Assembly (NCBI GenBank): GCA_963699755.1
Contig: CAVOVB010000001.1
Coordinates: 1,824,001-1,888,000, forward strand
Source of the DNA: an uncultured delta proteobacterium
GTDB lineage: Bacteria; Myxococcota_A; Polyangia; Polyangiales; Houyiibacteriaceae
Length of the DNA: 64,000 bases
Reading direction: 5' to 3'
Below are positions 62,438 through 64,000 of the stretch, piece after piece (positions within the stretch are counted from its first letter, which is position 1; each line of letters opens with the position of its first letter). The translations under genes were made by a program, and so were the position numbers. Below the pieces are notes generated by a model. That model was not told where the DNA came from. It searched no databases and was given only the letters and a program-made list of their open reading frames with translations.

Positions 62438-64000
62438 CGGACAAGGATTCCTTCACTCCGAACTGGTTCGAGGGGGCGCTTCCCAAGCGTTCGTATCGTT
62501 CGGCGTTCAAGTGGGGAGCGCCGGAGGCCTACAAGCACCCGAATCCGCGGCTCTACGCTTTGATGAAGGAGACCTTCGGACTCGATGACGCGTACTTCGA
62601 AAAGCCGCAGAATCTTGGCCTCGACGAGGTGACGGCGGACTCTTCGATTTCGCTCAGCTCCGAGCAGGTCAGCTTCTTTCGCCGCCTGCTGGGCGACGAA
62701 AACGTGAACGACGACGTCTACTCGAGGCTCCGCGTCTCGTACGGTAAAACGATGATCGACGCGCTTCGGCTGCGCGACCACGAGGTCGAAAATCTCCCTG
62801 ATTTGGTGCTTCACCCGCGCGACCGCGACGATGTCGAGCAAATCGTTCGCTACTGCCACGAGCAGGAAATTCCTCTCTATACCTACGCCGCCGGCTCGAG
62901 CGTGACACGTGGCACCGAGTGCGTGCGAGCCGGGGTTTCGATCCATCTCGGCACGCACATGAAACGCGTCCTGTCCCTCAACGTCGTCAATCAAACGGTC
63001 ACGGTGGAGCCTGGTATTCTCGGTCCGGATCTCGAAGCAGCCCTCAACGGTGCCCGTGAGGGTTTCAACGCGCCGCACGCGTATACCTGCGGTCATTTTC
63101 CGCAGTCGTTCGAGTTCTCGTCGGCAGGTGGCTGGGTGGTGACGCGCGGCGCAGGGCAGAACTCCACGTACTACGGCAAGGCGGAAGATCTGGTGCTGAG
63201 TCAGGAGTACATCACGCCCGTTGGCGCCATCGAAACCGTCGACGTCCCTGCATATTCGACCGGACCCAACCTCGATCAGATCATGATCGGAAGCGAAGGA
63301 GCGTACGGGATCTTGGTGGCGGTGACCTTGAAAGTCTTTCGCTATCAGCCCGAGAACACGCGCCGCTTCAGCTTCATCTTTCCGGATTGGAAGAGCGGGA
63401 CGGCCGCGGTGCGCGAGATCATGCAGGGTGAGTTTGGTGTTCCATCCGTCTTCCGATTGTCCGATCCGGAGGAAACCGACGTTGCCTTCAAGCTCTATGG
63501 GGTCGAGGGCACGCCGATCGACACGCTCGTCAGTCTGCGAGGTTTCAAAAAGGGCGAGCGTTGTCTGATGCTCGGAACCGTCGACGGAGACCGCGCCTAC
63601 ACGGCAATGGTCAAACGGCGCCTTCGCCAGGTCTGCAACGCGCATGGCGGGATGTACACCACCGGATTCATCACCAAGAAGTGGGAGCACGGTCGTTTTG
63701 CCGATCCGTACATGCGCGAGGACCTGCAGGACTACGGCATTCTCATCGACACCCTCGAGTGCGCCACCAACTGGGAGGAGCTCCCGAAAGTGCACGAGCA
63801 CGTCCGGGCGTACGTGAAGAGCCGACCGCAGACGGTCTGTATGACGCACATGTCCCACTGCTACCCGCAGGGCGCGAATCTATACTTCATCTTCATCGCG
63901 AAGATGGGTCACCAGGAGTTCCTGGAGTTTCACCGTGGCATCCTCGATGCCGTCCAGGCTTCCGGCGCAACCATGAGCCATCATCATGGCATCGGAAAGA
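62434..64000 (+). CDS. FAD-linked oxidase, alkyl-dihydroxyacetonephosphate synthase-like (3' partial)
   Basis: FKWG, PDLVLHP, GHFPQSFEFSSAGGWVVTRGAGQNSTYYG, GSEG, DTLE, HMSHCY, SHHHGIGK; open to window end. Confidence 0.85.
   Translation, partial: MTDKDSFTPNWFEGALPKRSYRSAFKWGAPEAYKHPNPRLYALMKETFGLDDAYFEKPQNLGLDEVTADSSISLSSEQVSFFRRLLGDENVNDDVYSRLRVSYGKTMIDALRLRDHEVENLPDLVLHPRDRDDVEQIVRYCHEQEIPLYTYAAGSSVTRGTECVRAGVSIHLGTHMKRVLSLNVVNQTVTVEPGILGPDLEAALNGAREGFNAPHAYTCGHFPQSFEFSSAGGWVVTRGAGQNSTYYGKAEDLVLSQEYITPVGAIETVDVPAYSTGPNLDQIMIGSEGAYGILVAVTLKVFRYQPENTRRFSFIFPDWKSGTAAVREIMQGEFGVPSVFRLSDPEETDVAFKLYGVEGTPIDTLVSLRGFKKGERCLMLGTVDGDRAYTAMVKRRLRQVCNAHGGMYTTGFITKKWEHGRFADPYMREDLQDYGILIDTLECATNWEELPKVHEHVRAYVKSRPQTVCMTHMSHCYPQGANLYFIFIAKMGHQEFLEFHRGILDAVQASGATMSHHHGIGK

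Overview
GC-rich (roughly 60-65% by eye) bacterial chromosomal window with about 63 protein-coding genes. The gene content (Cys-rich and GGxGG-linker lipoproteins, DUF1501 partner, EGF/Sushi protein, CarH, CsgA-like SDR, Ser/Thr kinase) suggests Myxococcota/Polyangiales; this is an inference. I found no rRNA, tRNA, CRISPR array, integrase or transposase. Main blocks: (1) lipid/steroid-type oxidation genes: two tandem KshA/Neverland-type Rieske oxygenases with a hemerythrin and a 3Fe-4S ferredoxin, a TesI-like ketosteroid dehydrogenase, a 3-beta-HSD, two Tat-partner/GMC oxidoreductase pairs and an epoxide hydrolase; (2) a CarH-type B12 photoreceptor next to a fasciclin lipoprotein; (3) two ATP-grasp ligase/peptidase pairs; (4) a cusCBA-copA-arsC-acr3 metal-resistance block; (5) formaldehyde detoxification genes; (6) a LiuR/BKACE/ScoAB/AtoE beta-keto-acid module; (7) a partial alkyl-DHAP-synthase-like gene. 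The strongest signals not explained by annotation are a tandem KstR-like operator over the Rieske promoter, a CarH-type operator, and a secreted Cys/His-rich leader ORF ending in HGPP whose 3' flank can base-pair with the cusC ribosome-binding site (candidate copper-sensing translational switch). Many single-base frameshifts, concentrated at about 46.5-53.3 kb, are most likely long-read assembly errors. All product calls come from motif recognition only; no database search was run.
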